Assembly: GCA_028023455.1 (NCBI GenBank)
Contig: JAQFVV010000003.1
Location: 18,166,001-18,230,000, forward strand
Reading direction: 5' to 3'
DNA length: 64,000 nt
Source of the DNA: Epiperipatus broadwayi
Taxonomy: Eukaryota; Animalia; Onychophora
In this document: positions 1 to 10,773 of the stretch, one piece after another
Layout of the letters: each line of letters begins with the position of its first letter
Position numbering within the stretch: the stretch's first letter is position 1
Position numbers and translations under genes: made by a program
The notes under the pieces: model-generated
The model's input: only the letters and a program-made list of their open reading frames with translations
What the model was told of the DNA's origin: nothing
Databases searched by the model: none

Positions 1-1531
1 TAAATTTAAATTTATGGTTTATTGATTTAAACAAACCCCCCCCCCCATATGTGAACAAATCCAGTTAATTAGTTTTTATTGACATTTATTGATGTTTTAT
101 ACTTGTAATTATTCCACCTTTTTTATCTATAGATTTTATTTTAAAGCAGCAAAAGCATTTGAAACTGATTAGCCAATCTTTTCTTGTAAATAATCAAATT
201 TACAAATAGCTTGTTCGCATTGATTAATTGCAGGCTTATTAAGATAATACTTTAATTCATATGTACCTATAGGAGCTTCAGTATTTTATAATATAGCTCT
301 ACATTTGAAAGGCTAAAATAAATTCTGTTAAGAATATGGCAAGCAATGGGAAATTTCAGCACCACTAACAGTCGAGTATTCTCAGTTATAGTAACCTATG
401 GTCTATAGAAATAAAATGTAAGGTTTATCGTAATATACTGGTAGCACATATCCCACTTATTATGTTTATGATATGGGATTTGCATCCAGGATGAGTACGA
501 CTCAAAAATTGTACCAGGTTTCAAACAGTTTGGGTTTTTTTTTCAGGCAGCCTACTCATACCTGATTTAATTAGTTATTCAAAATTTATAAATAAATAGG
601 CATCATCTAGCTATTCCTAATAAATGAGTATAATAAGAATAGAAAAAGTTGGAATTCTCATCAACCACATTTGGAAAAACAGATAAGTAATCTCATTTTC
701 TTAATTATTTTCATTTAGCAGATTATCAGAGGAATTATTTAAAAGTTTTATCCTACCATCATAATTATTAAAAGATACTCATAAATGAGTATGTCATTCC
801 AATTCTTCAAGGAAAAAAAAACTACTTTAGAAATGAGTTTCTCAATGACTATAAATCTCTCTATGGAGCACAAATATATTAGAAAATAGAACACACTGAT
901 CAAAATTTTTCTATTTGATATTTTGCAATACTGCTTTTTAATGTCTGCAGAAAATTTTTCTTTCTGAAATACTTTGTCTAACTGTAGTTCTCTGATATGT
1001 TCTATTCTTCGTCATAACTTTCCCATGGAAATAATCAACATTGCATTTCTTTAAAAGCCTTTAGAAAATCCTTATACCATAAAAGGGATATTTTATCACA
1101 AAATTTATGTTCAAGATCACCAGAAAATACTTTTTAGAAAATCTTGCATTGTTCATTTGTATGCATTGTTAATTCATTTACATGTCCAATCTAATGAAAG
1201 TATAATTTCACAATAATAGATTCTAATATCAGGTCCAACAAGCTTAAAAACTTATTGATTAGTTTTATGATCTAATCATTATATTTTTAAAACTTTATGG
1301 AGTGTTGTTAATTTGAATAAAACTTTTCTAATACCTTTATGTTCCATTGAGAGAGTATCCAATTTTTATTTCCATGCAATAAATCAGGTACTAGGATATT
1401 CAATCATTAGATTAAATCTACCAGGACAAGCCCAGCACTTTATCTAATGTATAACCATTAAGTAAAAATTTCAGAGTTTCTACATTAGATAGAGTGCTAG
1501 GCTTGTCCTGCTATTTTTAATCTAATGGTTG

Positions 1532-1591
1532 AATATCCTAGCACCTCACTGAGGATGCCAGTAGTAGAAACCGGTCTGAGGTTGGGGTATT
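1532..1591 (+). ncRNA. Type I minimal hammerhead ribozyme (family A, copy 1)
   Basis: cctca-CTGAGGA(1549-1555)-tgc cagta gta-GAAA(1567-1570)-ccgg-TC(1575-1576)-tgagg. Stem I extends (aatatccta/tggggtatt) across a 2-nt bulge. Helix III is the palindrome ACCGGT. Confidence 0.85.
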
Positions 1592-1913
1592 CTACAAAGC
1601 TTGTTAAGAGTTTGTTTTGCGAGCTCTATATATAACATTTGTAAACACAAGCTTATTAAATTAGCTCATGTGACATCTGACTTGATTTTTTTGTAATTTT
1701 ATTTTTTGCTATGATGGCTTTGGTGATTTTATATTGCTAAAGCTATTAATATATGGTGTATCTGAACTTAGTTCAGTCCCATATGGCTATTTAAGTTAAA
1801 TAGCTGGATTGGAAGACATGGATGTCTGAAAATTTCAGAGTTTCTACTTAATAGTTATATATTAGATAGGGTGCTGGCTGGTATTTTTAATCTAATGATT
1901 GAATATCCTAGCG

Positions 1914-1950
1914 CCTCGCTGAGGAACCAGTAGCAGAAACCAGTCTGAGG
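1914..1950 (+). ncRNA. Hammerhead ribozyme (family A, copy 2; stem II damaged)
   Basis: cctcg-CTGAGGA-accagtagca-GAAA-ccag-TC(1944-1945)-tgagg. Core intact; stem II is one base shorter than in copy 1 and mispaired. Confidence 0.7.
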
Positions 1951-3540
1951 TTGGGCGTATTCTACAAAGCTTGTTAAGAGTTTGTTTTGCGAGCTCTATA
2001 TATAACATTTGTAAACATAAGCTTATTAAATTAGGTCATGTGACATCTGACTTGATTTTTTTATAAATAAATCAGGTACAATAATTGCTTTATATACAGT
2101 TAATTTAGTTACTGTAATTATTTCTCTGTGATAAAATACTCTATCTTCCAATTTATTAAAAACAATAATAGCATATTGGAATCTGGGCTCTATCTTTTTA
2201 CTTATAAAATTACTAAGATACTGAATTGGTTAAATTCTGAAGTTGATAACTATCCAAGCTAAAGATTGCTGAGAATGTTTCTTTCCATCACTGTCTGATA
2301 AAGAACACTTGACTTTTTTTGAACATTAATTATTAAAGTCTTTATATATTGCATTCAACATTCTGCAGTTGTTTTTTGAATTGGCAAAAATAGCATAATT
2401 ATCAAATACTGTAAATCCAGGATCCAAAAAGATGTTCTTTTCACTTTTAATTGATTCAAATTAAAAATTCCATCATCAAATCTGTATCATATCCTGATTT
2501 TTGGTTTTATTAAGTTATCCATAAAAAATTGCAAAGACTAGTGTTTAAAATTGAAAAACAATGTTGGAATAAGCACTCATACTTGATTATCACTAATTTT
2601 CATTTTAAATGTCTCAGATTATCTATTTGTAGTAATAACATTTTCTTTCATTCTATGATGTAGAAATTATATAATATAAACTATTTTCAAACAATATCAT
2701 AGACTGACTGAATCCTGGTAACCATTTATGACTAGTAGCAATCTAAATATCATTAATACAGTAGATATTAATGGTATTCTATAATAATTACTGCAATCTT
2801 GTTTATTCCTTTTTTTTTTTTTTCATGGAACAGTTAATATTTATGAATCTATACTTTCCTAAAAAAAATTCCAATATTTTTGAAGCTTATATATTACCAC
2901 TATATTTTAATATTCTCTAAGGTATTTTATCAGGACTTGCAGCCTTTTTATTTTTAATATTACAGAGTTGTTTTTGTTCATTAAGTTGGGTATCTTTGTC
3001 CAAATCTAAATGAAACAGATCAAATAGATATATTGTTAAAATCACTACTTTAATTTTTATATCATTATTCAAAAGATTGTCAAAATATTTCTGTTTAAAA
3101 TGTCATTGTCGTCATATAAGAGTGTCAGAACTGAATTCTTAGGTTACTTGAAATTTTCAGGCAATAATATGAATAAGCAATGAGCATTACATGATAGTAG
3201 CAATACTGTATGGAGAGTTTTGTCTGTTTCAATAATATGAATAGTGTTCAAGTTTGTAAGCTGATAGTTACATCATAAAATATTTTATTTTTATTCAGAT
3301 ATTTATACTTCATTAAATGACAATTGATAGTTCAATTTTTATATATAGTTGTTTATAGAATGGGAAGTGTTACAATAAGTAAGCAGATCAAATATAAGAT
3401 AAAGAAATTATAAGTTGTATTACACTAGATACAATTTTCATAATGTCATTTTTCTGTCTAGTTTTTCTTTTCTTTTTGTTTTATGACATGGTTTCAATGT
3501 GTATAATGTTTACTTATATATATATAATTTAGATTAGAGC

Positions 3541-3543
<3 letters not shown>

Positions 3544-3614
<71 letters not shown>
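3544..3614 (+). repeat. (TTA)n microsatellite
   Basis: About 23 uninterrupted TTA units. Confidence 0.95.
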
Positions 3615-4189
3615 TTGAGGTATGTTATTTGATATATAATTATGTCAACATAGCCCTTGTGCTTATTCTTCATTCATTTCAGTAATCCCATAGTAGATCA
3701 CTGAAAGATTTATTGGTGAAGTATAAACAGAATAACTGTCATGACATAATTTACATATAATGATCAGAGTTACCTATTAACTCTTAAAATTTATTTAATG
3801 TGGGTGTGTATAGTATGTAATCATAATTTATATATAACAACCAGTAGTAACTATTGACGCTTAAAATTTATTTAAAATATATATAATGATAATTTTATAC
3901 TTTTTTTCTTCAAATATTTATTTTAGTTATCTTCCTAGATATTAAATTATTAATTCTAAATTTAGTTTTATTTATTTAAAAATTATATTACTGATGACTC
4001 AGTATTAGCTTCTATCTTTTTATGTAAACAGCAATAATAATGCCAAAATTATGAAATAAGCAGTTTTTGTTTTATCTTGAACCAAGAATTACAAGTATAA
4101 TAATATCAATGATCTAAATATAAAAGTAAAATTAAACTTGGAAATGTATTAACACCCATTTGTTTATTTTAATTATGCTAAGGTGTTTA

Positions 4190-4420
4190 TTGGGTAGCTA
4201 AGAATAGCTAAATAAGCTACCCTAGTGCCTCACTGAGAAGTGCCAAAGCACGAAACCATTGGTCTGGGGTTTGGGTGAGGTTTCTGATAGAGATATTTAA
4301 AATGCTTTCTCTTGCTAGCATTTTATCAACAAAGCTTGTTAGAGCAATTAGCAAAGCTCTTTGTTTTTTATTTTATTTACAAGCTTAAAAAATTAAGTCA
4401 TGTGATATATGACTTCTTTT
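4190..4420 (+). mobile_element. Hammerhead-bearing pLTR-like element related to family A
   Basis: Short hairpin (gggtagct/agctaccc), then cctca-CTGAGAA(4233-4239)-gtgc caaa gcac-GAAA(4252-4255)-cca t tgg-TC(4263-4264)-tgggg. Downstream aagcttgt..gagc..gctct..acaagctt..agtcatgtga..tgactt parallels the 1600-1690 tail. Confidence 0.7.
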
Positions 4421-4476
4421 TTTTTTTAAATTTTTATTGATTATAACTTTATTTTTCTTATTGCATTGCCAAATTC

Positions 4477-4698
4477 ATATAATATTAATATCATCTATAT
4501 TCTTTATTACTTTTTACAATGCTTTTTTTCAATCCACTATTGACAGTTTCGATTACCCCAGCAATCTTCTTCAGAAGATTTGAAAATATAAGTAGAAGTT
4601 CTGAAGAAGATTGCTAGGGCAATCGAAACTGTCAATAGTGGGTTGTAAAAAACCATTGTAAAAAGTAATAAAGAATATAGGTAATATTAATATTATAT
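4477..4698. mobile_element. Foldback (about 100-bp arms) with two divergent hammerhead cores (family B)
   Basis: Arms 4477-4576 and 4599-4698. Plus strand: CTGAAGA(4601-4607)-a-gattgc tagg gcaatc-GAAA(4625-4628)-ctg-TC-aatag. The mirror core on the minus strand lies at 4537-4576. Confidence 0.75.
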
Positions 4699-4879
4699 AA
4701 TAGCTAAATATCTAATGCATTTGAATAGCAATTCTTGGAAAGTAATGCTACTGCATTAAGTATTATTCACTAAGGGCTTTTTATCAATCATCTATCTTAG
4801 CAAGAATTATACTATAGTACCCTCTCTAAGTATTTTGCATTATTCACTAAATATTCATAACTACTTCTAATGCTATGAA

Positions 4880-5125
4880 TGGTTTGATACAGTGGTAGAA
4901 TAGCAATGTCTAGAGCTCAAGGTCTATGGATCATGGTCTAGTTCTGTTGCTTCCAATACTTGAATTTCTTATGAACTCCTAATCAATAAATCATTGATTT
5001 TGCCTTGCATGATTTAATGGGGTGATAGAATGCCAGATTCTGGAACTCAAGATCCACAGATCATGGCTAGTTCTCTCTCTTTAGTGTTCAAAATTTTTAT
5101 GAACTATTAAACAATAAACCATTCC
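4880..5125 (+). repeat. Two ~130-bp diverged direct repeats, possibly tRNA-SINE relics
   Basis: tagaat...ctcaag.tc...gatcatgg.ctagttct...ttatgaact..taa.caataaa.catt occurs twice; the heads weakly resemble an A box. Confidence 0.4.
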
Positions 5126-5748
5126 TTTATTATTATCTTCATTTAAGATATCTATCCTTTTTTCTTTACTGATTCCTGTAACTTATCTTTCAATATCTCT
5201 ATCTTTAAGAATATGTGCTCTCTAATATCTCTTAATTTTCTTTATCAAATATACCTTTTACCTATTCTTAATAACTGTATTTCTAATATTATTATAAGTA
5301 TTAGGATTAGCAATTGAGTTTCTTGCTTGTAAGCATTTGTGGTCAAATACTGAGATAGGAAGTAAGGATTTGACACACTTTTAAAATGTAACTTCTTTGA
5401 TGTGGTACTATAATGATATTAACAATAGTAGCTTAGCTATTAATTGGATCTTGTAAACTCAATAAGTTTTAGAGTTATTATGTACCACCCAGTTTCAAAA
5501 AAGAAAAAGTATTTTTAATACCATTAGAGTGAATGATTGAAATTAATAGTAATTGTCATTGTCAAATAAATATTAATTATGGGTTCAACATCTATAAATA
5601 TCTGGCATGTCTCACTAATGATTTAATGATGTCATATCATATAAATTGTGTCTGTTTTTTTTTTTTTTATGTCAAAAGATAATATATGAAGAAAAATATA
5701 TTTTTTATACCAATGTATAATTTTACTGATTATTTTTCTTTTATATAT

Positions 5749-6855
5749 ATTAGATGTACCCATGGCTTTATTCATATTAATAGAATAAAAATAAAAGTAT
5801 AAATGAATATAATGAAGTTAATAATTAAAATATATTTCAAATTTATATATGTAAAAAGATATATTCTGAATAGTAATTTAATGTTTATCTAAATTCTATT
5901 TTCGATATATCGATAACAAAATTTTTGCTTGCTAATTTTGTCTATTTCTCTAGCTGTACCCTTGTGTTAGTCAAAAGTTTGATAATTAAAATAAATTTAT
6001 ATATTCCACTTTCAATTTTTATGTACTGAATACCAAAAAAATTTTCCCTTTCTAATTCTCTTAATTTTTCTAACTGTATTCTCGCATTAGTAGAAAGTTT
6101 GGCAATTGAAATATATTTATGTATTATCTAAATTCCATTTTTAATTTTTGATGCATTGAATACCAACTAAAATTTTCTTCACTTTATCAAAAACTATATT
6201 TCCATTTCTCTAGTTATACTCTCACATGAATATAAAATTTGATAATTAAAATTTTCAGTAAATATAATAAACAATAATTTTGAAGTAAACTATTTTATAT
6301 TTCTCACATAATTTTTTAAATGGCCATGAAATTTTAACATTGTGTAAGCAAATGAAAAATTAAATAAGTGGTCTGAATGAAATTTAATTAATTTAAAATA
6401 TTAAAATTTTATTTCAGATTACCAAGAACTATAATTCTCTCCATTTCTCTAGTTGTATTCAATATGGAAGCCACAACATTTTCTAACATTCATGATAATT
6501 TTAATCATTGCTGTCTTTTTTTAATGTTTTTATGAGATTATTAGAAAATGGTTGCTATTCTAAACATTTTTATATTGCAAATTATCAAAGTTTTTAAAAC
6601 AAGTACCATAAAACAAAAATTCCTACCCTATAAAATTAGAAAAAGGTTATTTTGATGTATTTTTATATTTGCAAATTACCAAAGATTTTAAAACAACTAA
6701 GTACCATAAAGCAAAAATTTTTAGCCTATAAAATTCTCCACAAATATACACACAAAAAGAAAATCATGCAAGATTCATCAAGATTGGTGTAATATTTGCC
6801 AAGTTATAAAGTAACAATCAAACAAACAAACTTTGACATTTATATAGTAATATAG
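5749..6855 (+). mobile_element. Possible non-autonomous Helitron-like (Lep1/HINE-like) element with internal tandem repeats
   Basis: 5' tagatgtacccatggcttt resembles ctagctgtacccg.ggcttcg. 3' caaacaaacaaactttgacatttatatagtaatatag resembles insect Helitron-like ends. Degenerate ~120-bp repeats at 5930-6260 and a ~95-bp duplication at 6570-6735. Confidence 0.4.
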
Positions 6856-9134
6856 TTATAAAGGAAAAGTCTAGTAATGTAAGGATAGTACATCTACCTA
6901 CCTTTTCCACAACCTAGGATTTGGATAAGTGTTGAACATTTTTTCAGATTTCAGATAAGTTTAAAAATTTTCTTTCAGAGGGTTTTGGTTATAATCAATA
7001 TAGTTAAACATTAAAAATTGGTCAATAAATGAGTACATATCTATTTGTAGATAGAAAATAAACCAAGGATGGAAAAATATTAAAACAATACTGGGTTTTT
7101 TCCCCCTTCATTTTCTTTTGAAAGACTGTTAAAAGATCTTTGCCTTGTAGTAGCCTATGTAGAGACTTTGATCTATATATGGATATAGTATTCATTTGCC
7201 ATAGTATTCACAGTTGCTGCTTTCAACTTCAAGACAATTTTTACAAATTATTCAAGTTTTATATAATTGCTATCTGAAGTCATAACACTTTTTATTAATA
7301 AATTAAAGGCAATATTAATATTGCTTCACATATGGTGAAAATATTAAATATAATCTTAATGCATTTTTGATGTTAATCACCTTTGTCAGAGACAACCATT
7401 ATATAAAATTTTTATTGCAAATTTAAACTTTTAGGTATTTAAAGATTATATATATATATTGTATATTTTAACATATAATCAAAGCTTGATTTTATTAGTA
7501 TGTAGTTTCTATTTATAAATATACATTTTTTTTGTTTGGGTGTTATCTTCTTTTACAATAACTACTTGAAGATCTGTCTGGTCAAGATATTAATAGAATA
7601 CTGTTTGATAAATAAGTTTCAGTAATTATAACATACTTCAGAAATTCTATTCAATCATATGTGTATATAATGATAGTACTTGAATGGAACATATATAATT
7701 AGAAAACCTGCATGGCTTTAATCATATGCCAGTAAAAAAAAAAAACTAATGAAATTGGAACTAATATTTTTATCTTAAACTTATGTACACATTGAAGAGA
7801 AGTTGAAATCACTCTTAGATATGATTTCAACCTAAAATAGAGTTTATCAATTGTTTACCCCCCCCCCCTTTTTTTTTTTTTTATTGAGCAGGTTTTAAAA
7901 ATTTAGCATTACTTCTCTAGTAAGACAAGCATTGATTGTCATGTGTTTGTGCTTATATTTATATTTAAAATAAAGAAATATTTTCAGTATTAATTCTAAT
8001 TTTATTCATTGCATTTTTTAGAATACACTGCTGTTATTGTGTTGAATTTTATTTCATATGTGCTTATTTTTTAGCTGCACATATTTGCAACAATCATTTT
8101 TAGTAAATATTTAAAATAATTATTAATTATTCTTTATTAGATTAAAAATTGTTATATTTTAAATAGTCTTAAATATAGACTTTAAGAAATAAATAATTGA
8201 AAGTTTAGTCACACTGGAGGTGATGCAAAATTTGAACTCTGGATCTGATAGGTTGATCCAATAATCTTTAGATTTCAAGACCATTTCTTATATCACTGTT
8301 TAAACCAGAAAGTACTATTAAATTTAATAAATTTCAGATATTTGTATAATATTTTTAATATAATTGCATAATGTCCCTTTTTAATTGTTTACCTCCCATG
8401 ATTTTACATTTTTTAGAAATTGCAAGCACTCACTTTGCATTTTAAATATACAGTTGAAAATATCGGGGGAGACGGGCAAAAGCTTTTATATATTTTAGTG
8501 ACATATTCATGAGTATCGTACTTTAATGTATTGTAAATTTTATCCATTAATAATAATTGATCAATAAAAATTTTATACTGTAATAGAATATTCAGCCCTG
8601 ATTTATTAGTTATTCCTTGAGGCAAATACTGGCTCAAATCCAGATGAAATAGAGAAAGTATTTGTAAAATATTAATCATTAATATAGGCCAAGAAATGTT
8701 CACATTTCTGAAATTTTCTAATGTATATTAAAGGTTTTTGAATTATTTTCTACTAAAAAAAAATTTCAGAAATGATTTTGATGTTTTATATAAAAGAAGA
8801 AACAATCTTTCTTTTATAAATTGGTTCCATTCTTATAAACATGTTTCATAAGAAATATTTTAATAATAATAAAATAATTTTGGTTGTTAAGTTCTTGAAT
8901 TGTAGATATTGTGAATTGAAGTGTCTGCTGCTTTAAAACTTACTGTCCTCATCATATTGCAAATTGTGAATATAAATAGTCTTAACAAAATGTACTTTAT
9001 TTAATTTGATTAATTTTTAATAACATGGTCATGATTAGTTTACAGAATTCCTGAAAATATGTCTGATCTAATTCTTACGTAATTAGCTCTTCATAAAATT
9101 TCATTGTTGAAAAAGAAAATCATTAAAGGAAAGT

Positions 9135-9860
9135 GATGTTTGAAAAAGGGCCAAAATCAATAGGAAACAGGAGAGAGCAGCTGGTTTGTTATTTCTCTTC
9201 CAGAAAAATCTCTGAAAATTAGGGTATATATTATCAGAACTTTGAAAAATATTAGCAAGTTGGAGAAAACTATCAATTGATCAAGAATCTCCACTTTGAA
9301 AAAAATGCTGTTGAAGTTTCAAGAGTGAAATAGAAATCTAGCAATTAAACATTAAAAATAACAAATTGAACATATGCCACTAGTTATCTTGGATTTTCTT
9401 TTTATGTCATAAAGCTAGAGGGCACAGCTATTTAATGAAAAAGTATAATCTGCTGAAATTATTTGATATGTTTGTATAATCATTAATAAAGAATGTGATA
9501 TTACATTTGAGACAGGGAGCCAAAATCAACAGGAAAGAGAGAGTAGTTGATTTCATTTATTTCCCTTCCAGAAAATTCCCTGAAAAATTAAAATGTATTA
9601 TCAGAGCTTTGAAAAATACTAACAATTGATCAAGAATCTCCACTTTGGAAAAAATGATGTTGAAGTTAAACTAGCATGGCTATAAACTCATAGTTTCAGG
9701 AGTGAAATAGAAGAAAGCTAAACAATTAAATGTCAAAAATGATTGAAGATAATTTGATTTTTTTTTACCTATTATAAAGCTAGAAAGCACTGTTATCTAA
9801 TGAAGGAAATGTAATCTGCTGAAATTACATTATTTGCAAGCATAATCGTTAAAAATATCT
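9135..9860 (+). repeat. Diverged ~370-bp tandem duplication
   Basis: Blocks such as ccaaaatcaa.aggaaa, caattgatcaagaatctccacttt, ataaagctaga and taatctgctgaaatta recur in the same order about 370 bp apart. Confidence 0.75.
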
Positions 9861-10148
9861 CTAGTTAGCATGTTACTGAGGTCCTTAAAATACAGAGAAA
9901 AAGAATTTAGTTTAGATCTATATGTGTTGGCTTAAATTCATTGTTTTGGAGTTTGAACTGTGAAATCATTGTCTTGGACAAAATGCATTGTTATTTTATA
10001 GATGCAAGAAATCAGTTCTTTCCCTCTAAATGTTACATAATGTCTCTTCTCTTAATTATTTTAAATGGCTATTAATGAATATATGTATCACCTGCCATTT
10101 ATTCAATTGCTCTTAAAATTATATATCTGGTTACCAAACAGTATATTA

Positions 10149-10773
10149 CTCATATTACTTCAAATATAAGAGGCCTCCAAATTTAAGACACAGTAAGATT
10201 TTAAGCTCGGAAAATTGGAAAAAAATTTTTTAATGATTTTATTGAAAAATAAAAAACATTTTTATTTACTTAAATATGAACTAGTATAAATATAATAAGC
10301 TCATCTAATTTATTGCAAATCTTTTTCATGCATATTTTCACTTTCTATATCTTCACTTTCAGAATTTGAATTCTCATCTTCACTATTCCTACAGGGTACA
10401 TAATTTTCAGGTCATTTAAATCGTTAGCAATGCAACATTTTAAGAAATATTTTTTTGATAATTTATTAAGGTACATCTGTCCAAGTCTGCAAGATTATAT
10501 ATATATTGTTTGCATTGCAAAGTCTTTTTTTTTAGTATAAATAAAAAAAAAAAAATCCAAAAAATATTGACATTTAATGTTAAATATTTTCTTTTGATTA
10601 AAAAAGATTTAACATGCTATTCTATACAGGTAACAATCATAATACTATGTGCATGCATGGCATAAAGCAAGGATCCGTGAAATAAGATGTTAAAATTTTT
10701 TTGTTCCCAATTTAAGACATACCCTTTTTATGGGTCCTAAATTGGGGGGTGTATTATATTTGAAATAATATTG
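10149..10773 (-). mobile_element. pogo/Tigger-like internally deleted element (MITE)
   Basis: Imperfect ~40-bp TIRs (catattacttcaaatataagaggcctccaaatttaagac vs reverse complement caatattatttcaaatataatacacccccaatttaggac). Minus-strand remnant FLKCCIANDLN...SEDENSNSESED resembles a pogo transposase C-terminus. Confidence 0.5.

Larger units (their letters stand above)
1392..2065 (+). mobile_element. Non-coding retrozyme/Penelope-pLTR-like insertion: 5' inverted segment plus two direct-repeat units, each with a hammerhead ribozyme
   Basis: 14-bp direct repeat AATAAATCAGGTAC at 1378-1391 and 2066-2079. About 60-bp inverted repeat 1391-1451 / 1481-1541. About 200-bp direct repeats ~1466-1690 and ~1830-2060. 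Confidence 0.8.
740..3100 (-). mobile_element. Degraded non-LTR retrotransposon ORF2 relic (CR1/L2/Jockey-like RT), interrupted by the ribozyme element at 1392-2065
   Basis: Manual minus-strand translation gives KAASPDKIP*RILK (~2950), KKGIKQDCSNY-RIPLISTV (~2800; cf. KG.K.D.SNYRPISL), a degenerate ADD region (~2400) and a C-terminal LKSSFF..KNWND (~800; cf. FKNSFFP..I..WN.L). Many stops and frameshifts. Confidence 0.55.

Noticed and set aside
8413-8703. 96-aa ORF and the many other 60-100 aa ORFs outside transposons
   Set aside because: Low-complexity F/I/L/Y-rich translations typical of AT-rich non-coding DNA or antisense transposon strands; no recognisable domain.
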